NCBI GenBank assembly: GCA_013298165.1
Contig: JAAFJU010000011.1
Coordinates: 980-64,979, forward strand
DNA from: Synechococcales cyanobacterium bin31.maxbin.ball.101
Lineage (GTDB): Bacteria > Cyanobacteriota > Cyanobacteriia > Leptolyngbyales > Leptolyngbyaceae
Reading direction: 5' to 3'
DNA: 64,000 nucleotides
A program made the position numbers and the translations under genes. Positions within the stretch are counted from its first letter, which is position 1, and every line of letters begins with the position of its first letter. Under the pieces are notes generated by a model. That model made no database searches. It was given only the letters and a program-made list of their open reading frames with translations, and had not been told where the DNA came from. This document shows positions 53,031 through 63,640 of the stretch, piece by piece.

Positions 53031-54347
53031 ATGCGCTTCCAAAAACTGATCAAATCTTGGAGACTTGTCTGGCTCTTTAGCCTAGGCTGTATCGCGGTTC
53101 TGCTTTGGGGAACGATCGTCGCGACGCCTGCGCTGAGCCGTGATGTGAGGCCACCTGTCAGCATTCCACCCGTCAGTATTCCGAGTACGATTCCGGGCAA
53201 TAACGCGCCCCGATCGGTCTGGGATATCACCCCCGTCCCGTCCCCGCCCCCGATTCAATTAGATATCCCGATTCCAGCGCCCATTCCCCGCACCGAAATT
53301 CGTGGTGTTTGGTTGACGAATAATGACCTGCCCATGATGGAAAATCGGACTAGGCTCCGCAACGCCATGACTCAGCTAAGTGCGTTGAATTTCAATACGC
53401 TATATCCTGTGATTTGGAATTCGGGATATGTGAATTATCCCAGTGCCGTGGCGCAACGCTATGGAATCCAACCCTTTGTGCGGAAAGGCTCCGATGGTCA
53501 TGATATTTTGGCTGATTTAGTCAATCAAGCGAAGTCAAACAGACTGTTGGTCATTCCTTGGTTTGAATTTGGATATATGGTGCCGCAGACATCAGAACTC
53601 GCAACGGCTCACCCCGACTGGCTGACGGAAACCCGGGATGGCGGGCAATTGTCCAATGGTCCAGCGGGAGAAGTCGCTTGGCTCAATCCCTTCCATCCTG
53701 AAGTTCAGCAGTTCATCACAGAACTTATCGTGGAAGTGATCACGAAATACAATGTTGATGGCATTCAATTTGATGACAACATGGGTCTTCCGCGCGAGTT
53801 TGGCTACGATAAATTCACCCGCTCTCTCTACCAAAAAGAAACCAAAAAGTCTGTTCCTGCCAACATGGCCGATGCGGCTTGGGTTAAATGGCGTGCTGAT
53901 AAAATCACGGCGTTCATGACGCAACTGAATAAGACAGTAAAGTCCCAAAGGAGCCGCGCCATCTTCTCCATCTCGCCAAACTATTACGATCATGCCTACA
54001 AATTGACCTTACAGGATTGGATTAATTGGGTCCGATCGGGCATCGTGGATGAATTGATTATGCAAGTCTATCGATCGGATCTCAACAGTTTCACCGCCAA
54101 ACTTAATCGTCCCGAAATCATCGAAACCCAGCAAAAAATCCCCACTGCGATCGGCATTCTCACCGGACTCCGCCGCCGCCCTGTGTCCATGAGTCAGATT
54201 CAATCTCAAACTCGTACCGCACAGCAACGGGGTTTGGGAGTCTCGTACTTCTACTATGAAAGTCTTTGGGATGATGCTCCTGAAGGCGTCATGGAGCGCA
54301 TTGCAGGATTCCAGTCGTTGTTTCCAACCCCGATGATTCGATCGTAA
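53031..54347 (+). CDS. Glycoside hydrolase-like family 10 (GHL10 / DUF187) protein, secreted
   Basis: A signal/TM segment and a Pro-rich linker precede IRGVWLTNND, FNTLYPVIWNSGY, WFEFGYM and DGIQFDDNMG. Confidence 0.75.
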   Translation: MRFQKLIKSWRLVWLFSLGCIAVLLWGTIVATPALSRDVRPPVSIPPVSIPSTIPGNNAPRSVWDITPVPSPPPIQLDIPIPAPIPRTEIRGVWLTNNDLPMMENRTRLRNAMTQLSALNFNTLYPVIWNSGYVNYPSAVAQRYGIQPFVRKGSDGHDILADLVNQAKSNRLLVIPWFEFGYMVPQTSELATAHPDWLTETRDGGQLSNGPAGEVAWLNPFHPEVQQFITELIVEVITKYNVDGIQFDDNMGLPREFGYDKFTRSLYQKETKKSVPANMADAAWVKWRADKITAFMTQLNKTVKSQRSRAIFSISPNYYDHAYKLTLQDWINWVRSGIVDELIMQVYRSDLNSFTAKLNRPEIIETQQKIPTAIGILTGLRRRPVSMSQIQSQTRTAQQRGLGVSYFYYESLWDDAPEGVMERIAGFQSLFPTPMIRS

Positions 54348-54352
54348 ATCAG

Positions 54353-55354
54353 ATGATGAACAACGGCTGCACCTATACCGATCGAATCCCGAAAAAAACA
54401 GAGTCTCAAACTGTTTTAGATTACTATGTTCAACGCTATACGCATTCTTCTAGAGACGAGTGGTTCGATCGGATTGGCAACGGTCAAATTCACTTGAATG
54501 GCCAACCAACAACCCCTGAGACCCTGATCAAATCGGGTCAAATTTTGAGTTACGATCGGCCCCCGTGGGAGGAGCCGGATGTTCCACTGACGTTTGAAAT
54601 CTGCTATGAAGACGAGGATTTGCTGGTCATTGTCAAACCTTCGGGATTGCCTGTGCTGCCCGGTGGTGGATTTTTAGAAAACACGCTGCTGGGATTACTG
54701 AAGCGATCGTATGAGCAAAACCCACCGATTCCCATTCATCGTCTCGGGCGCGGAACGTCAGGGCTGATGCTGCTAGCCCGTAGTCCATTGGCTAAAGCAA
54801 ACCTGACGAAACAAATGACCGATCGTCTGATTCAAAAGGTTTATCTAGCTTTAGTGAGTGGCGTTGTGAAGCGCGATCGAATCGAAATTCATCAACCCAT
54901 TGGAAAAATCGCTCACCCAGTATTGGGATATCTGTTCGCCGCTAGTCCAGACGGATTGGTTTCCGAAAGCCATTTAGAAGTCTTGGAACGCCGCTCTGAT
55001 TCAACCCTCTGTGCCGTTCAGATCTTCACAGGCCGCCCGCATCAAATCCGAATTCATACGGCAACGATCGGACATCCACTCGTGGGAGATCCGCTCTATG
55101 AAATTGGCGGTACTTACAAGCTCAACCAAAAATCCCCCAACTCTTCAATCAACTTAATGAATGAGGAGCGAGGGATGTTAAATAACGGGATGTTGAATAG
55201 AAATGATAGTCGGCCAGATATTGCAGTGCCGGGGGCCTGTGGCTATCATCTGCACGCCCATCGGTTGAGCTTTCGCCATCCCCGATCGCAAGCAACCATG
55301 ACCTTTACAGCCCCGCCGAGCAATCCCTTACTCAATCTCCAAACCACCATATAG
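54353..55354 (+). CDS. RluA-family pseudouridine synthase
   Basis: An S4-like N-terminus is followed by HRLGRGTSGLMLLA (catalytic Asp), GRPHQIRIH and GDPLY. Confidence 0.9.
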   Translation: MMNNGCTYTDRIPKKTESQTVLDYYVQRYTHSSRDEWFDRIGNGQIHLNGQPTTPETLIKSGQILSYDRPPWEEPDVPLTFEICYEDEDLLVIVKPSGLPVLPGGGFLENTLLGLLKRSYEQNPPIPIHRLGRGTSGLMLLARSPLAKANLTKQMTDRLIQKVYLALVSGVVKRDRIEIHQPIGKIAHPVLGYLFAASPDGLVSESHLEVLERRSDSTLCAVQIFTGRPHQIRIHTATIGHPLVGDPLYEIGGTYKLNQKSPNSSINLMNEERGMLNNGMLNRNDSRPDIAVPGACGYHLHAHRLSFRHPRSQATMTFTAPPSNPLLNLQTTI

Positions 55355-56158
55355 GAAGTCCAAAGCGCGGTTTCTCAAATCATAGTAGCGGGGGTCTTCC
55401 ATGATTTGGGAGCGATCGCGCGGGCGAGGGAAGGGGATTTCGAGGATTTCGCCGATGGTTGCGCCGGGACCATTAGTCATCATGACGAGACGATCGGCCA
55501 AGAACAAGCATTCATCCACATCGTGCGTCACCATCAACACTGTCGCGTCATGGTTGGCCACAATATTTGCGACTTCTTCCTGCATTTCTTCCTTGGTAAT
55601 CGCATCCAAGGCTCCAAATGGCTCATCCAAAATCAAGATTTCAGGATAGAGACAAAACGCACGGGCGATCGCTACCCGTTGGCGCATCCCGCCGGATAAC
55701 TGAGGTGGCTTTTTCTCCATTGCTTCACCCAATCCCACCATGGTCAAATGCTCACGCACAATGTGATCTTTGTCCGCTTTGGATTTGGTGGGATGGACAG
55801 AATCTAGAGCTAGATAAACGTTCTCGTAGGCCGACAGCCAAGGCATCAGGGAATAGCTTTGGAATACCGTCATGCGATCGGGACCGGGTCCTGTTACTTT
55901 CTGACCATTTTTGCGGACTTCACCTTTATCGGGAACGGCAAATCCAGACACGGTATTGAGCATGGTGGATTTCCCACAGCCCGAGTGACCGATCACGCAG
56001 ACAAATTCTCCTGCATGAATTTCTAAACTGATGTCTTTGATGACGACGTTATCGCCTGCTGTACTCGGATAGATCTTAGTGACGTTATCGATTTCAATGA
56101 GTGGTGTCGTCGATCTCGATGAGGTGGTTGGTAATGGTTTGGTTTGAGTGGCGACCAT
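55328..56158 (-). CDS. cmpD: Bicarbonate (BCT1) / nitrate-type ABC transporter ATP-binding protein
   Basis: GHSGCGKST, LSGGMRQRVAIARA and ILILDEPFGALD are present. The start is taken at MVATQTK, since the longer ORF reads through a repeat cluster. Confidence 0.85.
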   Translation of the reverse strand: MVATQTKPLPTTSSRSTTPLIEIDNVTKIYPSTAGDNVVIKDISLEIHAGEFVCVIGHSGCGKSTMLNTVSGFAVPDKGEVRKNGQKVTGPGPDRMTVFQSYSLMPWLSAYENVYLALDSVHPTKSKADKDHIVREHLTMVGLGEAMEKKPPQLSGGMRQRVAIARAFCLYPEILILDEPFGALDAITKEEMQEEVANIVANHDATVLMVTHDVDECLFLADRLVMMTNGPGATIGEILEIPFPRPRDRSQIMEDPRYYDLRNRALDFLYGGLEIE

Positions 56159-56226
56159 GGGACAAGACCTTGTGGGTAATGTGAACTGGAAATGCTGGAA
56201 ATGTTTGGGGGGATTGCGTTGTGTTC

Positions 56227-56375
56227 GGGGTTCGACTCCGCTCACCCCACGATCATTGTTGAGGGCTGAGCGAAAAGTCGAGGACTGAGCGGAGTCGAAG
56301 TCCGGCAAAGTCGAGGACCGAGTGCAGGATCGAGGACTGAGCGGAGTCGTTCGCGGAGCGTTGCGTTAGCAAAGT
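56227..56375. repeat. Cluster of GAGCGGAGTCGAAG-type repeat units
   Basis: GGGGTTCGACTCCGCTCACCCC, GGCTGAGCGAAAAGTCGAGG, ACTGAGCGGAGTCGAAGTCC and ACTGAGCGGAGTCGTTCGCGGAGCG lie in the cmpC-cmpD spacer. Confidence 0.5.
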
Positions 56376-56381
56376 CCGGCC

Positions 56382-58373
56382 TTACGCCGCCTTACGACCA
56401 GGGCCGATCGGAATTTCAGCCATTGTGATATCGCGTTTGATTTCCAGACTGTTGAGATAGGCGATCGGATCTTCAGCGCTAAACTTCGTTCCATCGACTA
56501 GCTCAATGCTATTGCGAATGTAGGAAATCTCAGTCTGCCCCAATTCACGAGAAGCGGTACTAAAGACGCCCACCTGACAGGTTGCTTCCAGGACTTCCAC
56601 CCAATTGCGTGGGAATGGAACATCACCCCAGCGCGCCATTTGAGTCATCTGCCAGAGATGTTCCGTTCGGCTCGGACGGTTAACGCCTTCCCCAGCGAAC
56701 ACGTGATGGGCGATCGGTTGATGTTCAGTTTCAGCAATATTGGCTTCGGGTGATAACTGAATGTATTCCATCGGCGTTCCTAGATATTCGCGTCTCGCCA
56801 AGATTTCTCGAATCTCTTGAGCATTGGCCGGGTCAGCACAATATTGACAAGCATCCAGCAATGCTTTCGTCAATGCAATGTGCGTGTTCGGATAGGCAGC
56901 CGCCCAGTCTGCACGACAGCCGAGAACCTTACCGGGATGGCCACTCCAGATATCCACATCGCGAGCGATCGTGAACCCTGTATGCTCCATTTCAGCCCGC
57001 AGATTCCATGGATCTCCTACGCAGAAACCATCGATCGTTCCCGCTTTCAAATCCACGGCCATTTGTGCAGGTGGAATTTGTTTGAGTTCGAGATCTTTGT
57101 CTGGATCAATGCCTGCGGAGGCTAACCAATATCGGAGTAGCAAATTGTGCATTGAAGAAGGATGCACCACACCCATACGGTGCGGCTTTTCTGGCGAAGC
57201 ATCCAATACTTTTTTGAAGTCAGCTAGGGTATGAACGCCTTGCTCTAGGAAGCGACGATCGAGGGTAATGGCATTCCCATTTCGGCTCATGGTGAGGGAT
57301 GAGACGATCGGCGTACTTTCTCCAGGTCCACCTAAGGTCATCCACAATGGCATTCCTGAAGGCATTTGTGCGCCATCAATAAAGCCATTCCGCAACCCAT
57401 CCACAATCCCTCGCCAAGAGGACTCACGGACTAGGGAAACTTCGTCCAAACCATGTTTTGTAAAGAATCCTTTTTCCTGAGCGATCGCGATCGGTGCGCA
57501 GGCCGTCAACGGCACAAACCCGATTTCCAAATTGACCTTTTCCAAACCATGACGCGACACCACTGGAACTTTGCGCGCCCGCATTTTCTTCACTTGCTTC
57601 TGCTGGTTCAAGAAGTAAATGACTTCACTGCGAAGCTGATAGTAACTTGGGTGACGAACGGCTTCTAAGCGCTTCCGAGGACGGGGAATATCCACCTCCA
57701 AAATGCCACCGACCTTCGAGCCAGGACCATTGGTCAACATGACAATCCGATCGCTCATCAACACCGCTTCATCCACTTCATGCGTCACCATGATGGCCGA
57801 CACACCCGTCTCTTCACAAATGCGCGTCAACTGTTCCTGAAGTTTTCCGCGAGTCAGAGCATCCAGTACCCCAAATGGTTCATCTAACAGTAAAACCTTC
57901 GGTTGAATAGCCAACGCACGAGCGATCGCCACCCGTTGGCGCATCCCACCCGAAATCTCAGTCGGCAGCTTATCAATAGAGCCGATCAATCCGACCATTT
58001 TGATATAGCGTTCAACGATTTCCTTGCGCTCTTCAGGCGACTTTTCCGTAAGTACTTCATCAACGGCCAGCGCAACGTTATCGCGAACGGTCAACCAAGG
58101 AAGAAGAGAGTAGTTTTGGAAAACGACCATGCGATCGGGACCTGGCCCTGACACCATCATGCCTTCTAGTTGAACGAGTCCACCCGTTGCGAGACTCAAC
58201 CCTGCAATCATGTTCAGCAGCGTGGACTTACCGCAACCTGAGTGACCGATCAAGGAAATAAACTCACCTTGCTTAATACTGAGATTGATTCCTTTCAGGG
58301 CGTTGTATTCCTTCCCACCACCGAGAGGGAAGGTTTTTTCTGCATTTTCGATGTGAATGAATTGCTCTGACAT
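56382..58373 (-). CDS. cmpC: Bicarbonate/nitrate-type ABC transporter ATPase with a C-terminal solute-binding-like regulatory domain
   Basis: The N-terminal ABC ATPase has GHSGCGKST and LLLDEPFGVLD. The C-terminal half of about 400 aa resembles NrtA/CmpA ([20 protein letters not shown]). Confidence 0.85.
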   Translation of the reverse strand: MSEQFIHIENAEKTFPLGGGKEYNALKGINLSIKQGEFISLIGHSGCGKSTLLNMIAGLSLATGGLVQLEGMMVSGPGPDRMVVFQNYSLLPWLTVRDNVALAVDEVLTEKSPEERKEIVERYIKMVGLIGSIDKLPTEISGGMRQRVAIARALAIQPKVLLLDEPFGVLDALTRGKLQEQLTRICEETGVSAIMVTHEVDEAVLMSDRIVMLTNGPGSKVGGILEVDIPRPRKRLEAVRHPSYYQLRSEVIYFLNQQKQVKKMRARKVPVVSRHGLEKVNLEIGFVPLTACAPIAIAQEKGFFTKHGLDEVSLVRESSWRGIVDGLRNGFIDGAQMPSGMPLWMTLGGPGESTPIVSSLTMSRNGNAITLDRRFLEQGVHTLADFKKVLDASPEKPHRMGVVHPSSMHNLLLRYWLASAGIDPDKDLELKQIPPAQMAVDLKAGTIDGFCVGDPWNLRAEMEHTGFTIARDVDIWSGHPGKVLGCRADWAAAYPNTHIALTKALLDACQYCADPANAQEIREILARREYLGTPMEYIQLSPEANIAETEHQPIAHHVFAGEGVNRPSRTEHLWQMTQMARWGDVPFPRNWVEVLEATCQVGVFSTASRELGQTEISYIRNSIELVDGTKFSAEDPIAYLNSLEIKRDITMAEIPIGPGRKAA

Positions 58374-58495
58374 AATATTTTTAGATGAGGTGTGCGATCG
58401 GAAATCAATCTGAATTCCATTTATCAATTAGAAATTGTTCTTGAATTGAAGCCTGTGGGGGCGCGCTTTCCGCGCCCAAACCCACCCCGAATCTC

Positions 58496-59323
58496 TTATT
58501 GCCCCTTCATAATCTGAGCCTGCAACCATTCCATAAACTTATCCAACAGCAATCCAACCATCCCGATATAGACCAAGGCCAAAACCACTTCACTAATGTA
58601 GTTGTTTTGATAAGCTTCCCAGATGAAGAACCCGATTCCGACAATACCCGACATCACAATCTCTGCTGCAATAATCGCCAACCAAGACAAGCTGATCGCA
58701 ACCCGAAGTCCAGTGAAGATGTAAGGAAGTGCGGACGGTAGCAAAATCTTGAAGAAGTACTTTTGCTTAGAAACCTGGATTACTTTTGCAACGTTGTTGT
58801 AATCATCTGGAATCTCACGAACGCCCACCGCTGTATTAATCAAGATCGGCCAAACTGCAGTAATAAAGATTACAAAGAGTGCCGCAGGTTCGTTCTTGTT
58901 CAACGCAGCTAGTGAGATGGGAACCCAAGCCAAAGGCGGTACCGTTCTGAGGAACAAGAACAACGGATCAAGCGCTTTCGACAGCAGTGGCGTCGTCCCG
59001 ATCGCAATCCCAGTCCCAATCCCAACGATCGCCGCTAAGGTGTAACTAATTGCAACTCGCTGAAGACTTGCAAGGGTTTGCCAGAACATTCCTTTATCAA
59101 TACCACCGCGATCGTAGAACGGAAAGAACAAAAGAGTACGAGTTCTTTCATCGGTAAATAAACTGCTGGGTCCTGGCAATAATGTAACTTTTGACTGCGA
59201 TAGTCCTTCCCAGATTAGTAGAAATAGAGTGATGGCGATCGTAGGAGGTAGAAGGTCTTTCCAGAGCTTTGTAATATTAACCCCGGCGAACATCGTACCT
59301 TTAGACGGTAGGCTTGCTGACAT
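58496..59323 (-). CDS. cmpB: Bicarbonate/nitrate-type ABC transporter permease
   Basis: 275 aa with six TM segments and the EAA-like loop (QKYFFKILLPSALPYIFTGLRVA). Confidence 0.9.
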   Translation of the reverse strand: MSASLPSKGTMFAGVNITKLWKDLLPPTIAITLFLLIWEGLSQSKVTLLPGPSSLFTDERTRTLLFFPFYDRGGIDKGMFWQTLASLQRVAISYTLAAIVGIGTGIAIGTTPLLSKALDPLFLFLRTVPPLAWVPISLAALNKNEPAALFVIFITAVWPILINTAVGVREIPDDYNNVAKVIQVSKQKYFFKILLPSALPYIFTGLRVAISLSWLAIIAAEIVMSGIVGIGFFIWEAYQNNYISEVVLALVYIGMVGLLLDKFMEWLQAQIMKGQ

Positions 59324-59391
59324 GACGAATCTCTCAATTTATGCGTAATGAACAGTGGACTAAATAGTGAAATTTAACTAGCCATTAAGCC

Positions 59392-60756
59392 TTAAGCTTT
59401 AATCGCCTTAATTGCCAAACTATCTAGATAAGCTTGAGGCTTAGTAGAATCAAACGTCGCTCCATCAAAGAATTTTTCAATTCCGCGTGAAACGTTAGTG
59501 GGAATATCCTTCGTTGTGACATTTGGATTCATATTGGTTAGCTCGGTTGCGGCCTCACGCCAATACTTCTCTCCACTCACCTGAGTGACAATCCGATCGG
59601 CCTCTTGAAGAAGTCCCGTCGGTTGGAAACCCCAGCGAACCGTCTCCGTCAAGAACCACTTATCGTGACTCTGATAGGGATAGGACACACTGCCTTTTGC
59701 GTCTTTCCAGTAGCGAATTTTTGTTTTCTCATCCGTTACAGGCGTTAACGAATCTCCCATGGGATAGGTTCCTTCGTAGGCCCCACGTAAGAACTCTGTA
59801 GGAACATTAAAGTACTTCCGTTGAGCCAGAATTTGGACCATCTCCTCGCGGTTTGCCGGATCATCGCACCAAATTTGAGCTTCTATTACCGCCTTAAGCA
59901 ACGCTTTTGTCGCCTTTGGATTTTGTTCAACCCATTCCCGACGCACCGACAAATACTCTTCTGGATGCGCCTCCCAAACCTGTGCCGTCAACATGGCTAA
60001 GAACCCAATTTTGTCCTTTACAATGCGACTAGGCCAAGGATCACCTGTACTAAAGCCATCCATGGTTTCAGTCCGCATGTTCGCAACAGTCTGGGATGCT
60101 GGGACAGCTAAGAGATCGACATCCTTATTGGGATCAACGCCATTCGCCGCCAACCAATAACGCAACCAAAAATCTTGATTAACTTTGGGGAAGGTATAGG
60201 CTACTTTGAATTTCTTGCCTGCAGCCGCTAAGCCCTTGATGTATTCCGCACCACCTGACTGTGCCAGGTTTAATTCAATCCCTTTACCTTTATGCTTTTT
60301 CGCGATCGCAACACCATTCCCATGGGTACAAAGCTGAGCCAACACGACCATCGGCACCTTTCGATTACCTTTGGTGATCAGACCCTCCGACAGCAAATGA
60401 GGCATGGGCATCTGCCACTGTCCACCATCAATCCCGCCACCGCCAGAGCCAATTTCGATATTGTCTCGTGCTGCACCCCAAGAGGCTTGCTTTGAAATCT
60501 TCACGTCACTCATCCCATGACGGACGAAAAATCCTTTCTCTTGAGCAATGATCAGAGGGGCAGCTTCAGCGATCGCAATATAGCCCAATTTGATTCCAGA
60601 TACTTCTGGCGTTGTTGCTGGACTCAGGCTTAGCGGCGCAGCCTTGGCTGACATTGAATCTGGAGAGGGCGGGTCGAGACTACAGCCCTTCAGCAATGAA
60701 GCCCCTACAGCAGCACTCGCGGTCAATAAAAATTGACGACGACGGAACGATGGCAT
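59392..60756 (-). CDS. cmpA: Bicarbonate-binding lipoprotein of the BCT1 transporter
   Basis: It has a Tat/lipobox-type leader ([21 protein letters not shown]). [22 protein letters not shown] and [16 protein letters not shown] match my memory of CmpA rather than NrtA. Confidence 0.8.
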   Translation of the reverse strand: MPSFRRRQFLLTASAAVGASLLKGCSLDPPSPDSMSAKAAPLSLSPATTPEVSGIKLGYIAIAEAAPLIIAQEKGFFVRHGMSDVKISKQASWGAARDNIEIGSGGGGIDGGQWQMPMPHLLSEGLITKGNRKVPMVVLAQLCTHGNGVAIAKKHKGKGIELNLAQSGGAEYIKGLAAAGKKFKVAYTFPKVNQDFWLRYWLAANGVDPNKDVDLLAVPASQTVANMRTETMDGFSTGDPWPSRIVKDKIGFLAMLTAQVWEAHPEEYLSVRREWVEQNPKATKALLKAVIEAQIWCDDPANREEMVQILAQRKYFNVPTEFLRGAYEGTYPMGDSLTPVTDEKTKIRYWKDAKGSVSYPYQSHDKWFLTETVRWGFQPTGLLQEADRIVTQVSGEKYWREAATELTNMNPNVTTKDIPTNVSRGIEKFFDGATFDSTKPQAYLDSLAIKAIKA

Positions 60757-60974
60757 GAATGCTTCCTCCTTAAGGACTAGGGAATGAATGACAAAGATAG
60801 AATAAATCTATCGCGCCTTTGATTTGAATAGGTGTTTTCTATTTCTATGGGTATCATAGCGGCTTTGTTAAATAGAGGGAAGTCTTAGTTTCTGATGTTT
60901 ACCATAGGTTTTATGTATGGTAAATTAGGAGGAAGCCGTTTACGGTTAGATGACGTCCCATTTCCTGCTAGACT

Positions 60975-61901
60975 ATGACCCAAGCTACACTTCACCAGCT
61001 CAACATCCTTGAGGCGATCGCTCGTCATGGCAGTTTTACCCGTGCCGCAGAGGAATTAGGATTGACGCAGCCTACCGTTTCACAGCAGATCAAGCAATTG
61101 ACAAAAGCTATGGGTCTTCCGCTATTTGACCAGATTGGGAAGCGGATTCATCTCACTGAAGCAGGAGAATCTGTTTTGATCGCGAGTCGCGACATTGCCG
61201 ATCGGGTGGCGCAGCTTGAAATGCATCTCAGCGATCTGCAAGGGATGGAAAAAGGTAGACTTCGCCTTTCCACGACGACGACGGCTAAATATTTCGTCCC
61301 CCGACTGCTCGGTCCGTTTCATCAACAGCATCCCGGTATCACGCTCTCTCTAGAAATTACAAACCAAGCCGAAGTGATGCAACGGCTCAGCAACAATGAG
61401 GACGACCTCTATTTCACAGGTCGTCCGCCGCGTGATATGGATGTGGAACTGCGACCTATTTTGCCGAATCCTCTAGTTGTCGTAGCCAATCGATCGAATC
61501 CTCTCGCTGGACTGAAAAATATTTCGCTCAAGCAACTCGCAGAACAGCCCATGATTATGCGAGAGTCTGGATCCGGGACTAGAGCGATCGTAGAGCAATT
61601 TTTTGTCGATAACCGTTTAGATGTAAATCCAATTATTGATCTCACCAGTAATGAAGCGATTAAGCAGGCGATCGTTGGTGGACTCGGCGTTTCAGTCCTT
61701 TCCCAGCACACCCTCGCCCTGGAAAACAACGAAAGCCCCCTCGTCATCTTGGACGTGGAAGGCTTTCCGATTCAGCAATATTGGTACTTGGTTTACCCAT
61801 CCGGCAAACAACTCTCCGTTGCTGCTCAGGCTTTTATCGACTTTATTCTAGAAGAAGGGAAGCAGTCGATCGAAGAAACCCTCTCCAACACCCTGCAATA
61901 A
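60975..61901 (+). CDS. cmpR: LysR-family (CbbR/RbcR-type) transcriptional regulator, divergent from cmpA
   Basis: ATLHQLNILEAIARHGSFTRAAEELGLTQPTVSQQIKQLTKAMGLPLFDQIGKRIHLTEAGE is near-identical in pattern to CmpR as I recall it. The divergent arrangement with cmpABCD is classical. Confidence 0.8.
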   Translation: MTQATLHQLNILEAIARHGSFTRAAEELGLTQPTVSQQIKQLTKAMGLPLFDQIGKRIHLTEAGESVLIASRDIADRVAQLEMHLSDLQGMEKGRLRLSTTTTAKYFVPRLLGPFHQQHPGITLSLEITNQAEVMQRLSNNEDDLYFTGRPPRDMDVELRPILPNPLVVVANRSNPLAGLKNISLKQLAEQPMIMRESGSGTRAIVEQFFVDNRLDVNPIIDLTSNEAIKQAIVGGLGVSVLSQHTLALENNESPLVILDVEGFPIQQYWYLVYPSGKQLSVAAQAFIDFILEEGKQSIEETLSNTLQ

Positions 61902-62001
61902 CCCCTAGAAACTCAGAACCCCCAAAATATAGCCCTTACGGGCATCTAAGAAAGGGGGCTGGGGGCGGTTCGTCAGTCGTTTTACGTTAAACTGAAATCC
62001 T

Positions 62002-62667
62002 TTAAACCGTCGTATGCGTCTCTGTGTCCTTTGTAACAGAGGGCAAAATCTCCTCATCCTTCTTCCGAGACTCCAACCACAGCGGAAGGCCGATCGCCAC
62101 AGCCACCAACAGCAAAGCCACAAAGGCAAACTGCGTCGCAAAATCAATCAACTTTTCCAGCGGCACCACTTGGCCTGCAAAGTAGGAAAGACCCACCATT
62201 ACACTCGCCCAAGTGATTGCGCCTGCGACGTTGTATCCCATAAACGTCCAGAATGGCATTCCCGAAATTCCAGCCAAAGGACTGGCAAAAACGCGAAACA
62301 ACGCAATAAACCGTCCAAAAAAGACCGCTTTCCCGGCATTCTCACTAAACTTCCGCCGCAAATCTTCCAACTGACTCTCTTTAAACCGTAGAAGCTGCCC
62401 GAGTTTAGTCAGTAGCGCCCAGCCACCCTTTGCGCCGATCGCATAGCCCACTGTTCCACCCGCCGCTGCCCCACAGGCCGCATCGAGCAAGACCCATTGC
62501 ACCTCAAGCTGATGGCTTCCCGCCAAAAAGCCGCCCACGATCGTCACGGTCTCTCCCGGAATCGGCAAGCCTAAATTCTCCAAGAAAATTCCAAAAAAAA
62601 CAGCCCAGTAGCCATATTTTTGGGCGATCTGCTCAATAATCTCGGGGGAGAGAAACTCAAATGACAT
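62002..62667 (-). CDS. DedA-family membrane protein
   Basis: FLENLGLPIPGETVTIVGGFLAG and GRFIALFRVFASPLAGISGMPF are present. Confidence 0.85.
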   Translation of the reverse strand: MSFEFLSPEIIEQIAQKYGYWAVFFGIFLENLGLPIPGETVTIVGGFLAGSHQLEVQWVLLDAACGAAAGGTVGYAIGAKGGWALLTKLGQLLRFKESQLEDLRRKFSENAGKAVFFGRFIALFRVFASPLAGISGMPFWTFMGYNVAGAITWASVMVGLSYFAGQVVPLEKLIDFATQFAFVALLLVAVAIGLPLWLESRKKDEEILPSVTKDTETHTTV

Positions 62668-62812
62668 GACAAACCTTTACAAAGCTTCACTATCTAATGA
62701 TGACGTGTCGATCGACAGACTGTCAATGCCAGAAATCCCCATATCAGGCTCTCCTGACGGGAAAACACGTATGATTCATTCAGTAAAATCGCTGAAAAAA
62801 TCGAAGATATCC

Positions 62813-63259
62813 TTAGGATGCCTTTTTCGATCGCAAATGATGCACTAATGCTTCTAATCCCAGCCTATAGCTATCCGCCCCAAATCCACTGATTTGACCG
62901 ACTGCAATGGGCGCAATGTAGGAATAATGTCTAAATTCTTCGCGCTTGTGGATGTTGCTCAAATGTACTTCCACGACAGGAATAGCAACTCCACTCAGGG
63001 CATCACGCAGCGCGACACTGGTGTGCGTGTAACCCCCTGGATTGATCATGAGTCCATCACGGCACCCCATGGCACCTTGAACCGCATCGATCAATGCACC
63101 TTCGTGGTTGGATTGAAAAAATTCAATGACCACACCCAAGCCTTGAGCCTGTGCAGCTAGGCGAGCATTAATGGCGTCCAACGTATCAGAGCCATAGATT
63201 TCAGGCTCTCGTCTACCCAGGAGGTTTAAGTTCGGACCGTGCAAGACCAAGACATTCAT
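62813..63259 (-). CDS. aroQ: Type II 3-dehydroquinate dehydratase
   Basis: [38 protein letters not shown] and [15 protein letters not shown] are present. Confidence 0.93.
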   Translation of the reverse strand: MNVLVLHGPNLNLLGRREPEIYGSDTLDAINARLAAQAQGLGVVIEFFQSNHEGALIDAVQGAMGCRDGLMINPGGYTHTSVALRDALSGVAIPVVEVHLSNIHKREEFRHYSYIAPIAVGQISGFGADSYRLGLEALVHHLRSKKAS

Positions 63260-63640
63260 AGATCAAATCTGTCTAAACGATCGACCATCGGAGTCTAGTA
63301 CCGGGAGCGATCGACCGGAATCGGAATTAATTCAGGCTCAACCTCAGGACCCAATAATGAGTCAATTATTTTCTGAGCGAGTTCCTTTAGCCTATCCAGC
63401 AGCGCGTCAATGAAATCCATGAACAGACCTCTTCTTTCGTATAGCCTGAATTAAGCGCCCGACCTAAAATCCGTCTAAAGAAACTCTCTAGGGGATGAAA
63501 GTAGGGAAAACGATTAACCCAATCTTAACAAGTAAACGCAGTAAAGCCAAGGGGTAATCTATGGAACTTTTACTGTGACCTTTCTTATCATAACGAATTC
63601 TTTACATATCGCAAGGTCGGTTTCTACGAATCCCATCGGG

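Noticed and set aside
54353-55354. An Asn-rich insertion of about 25 aa (…KLNQKSPNSSINLMNEERGMLNNGMLNRNDSRPD…) between the GDPLY motif and the C-terminal LHA motif of the RluA-family synthase. Also noted: a 27-bp convergent overlap with cmpD.
   Set aside because: Loop insertions in this region are common in the family, and the overlap involves only the 3' ends. Neither is distinctive enough to report as a finding.
55328-60756. Annotating the operon as the nitrate transporter nrtABCD.
   Set aside because: The divergent CbbR-type regulator, the CmpA-like motif in the binding protein, and the absence of nirA/narB and of an NtcA box all favour cmpABCD. Only a phylogeny would settle the question.
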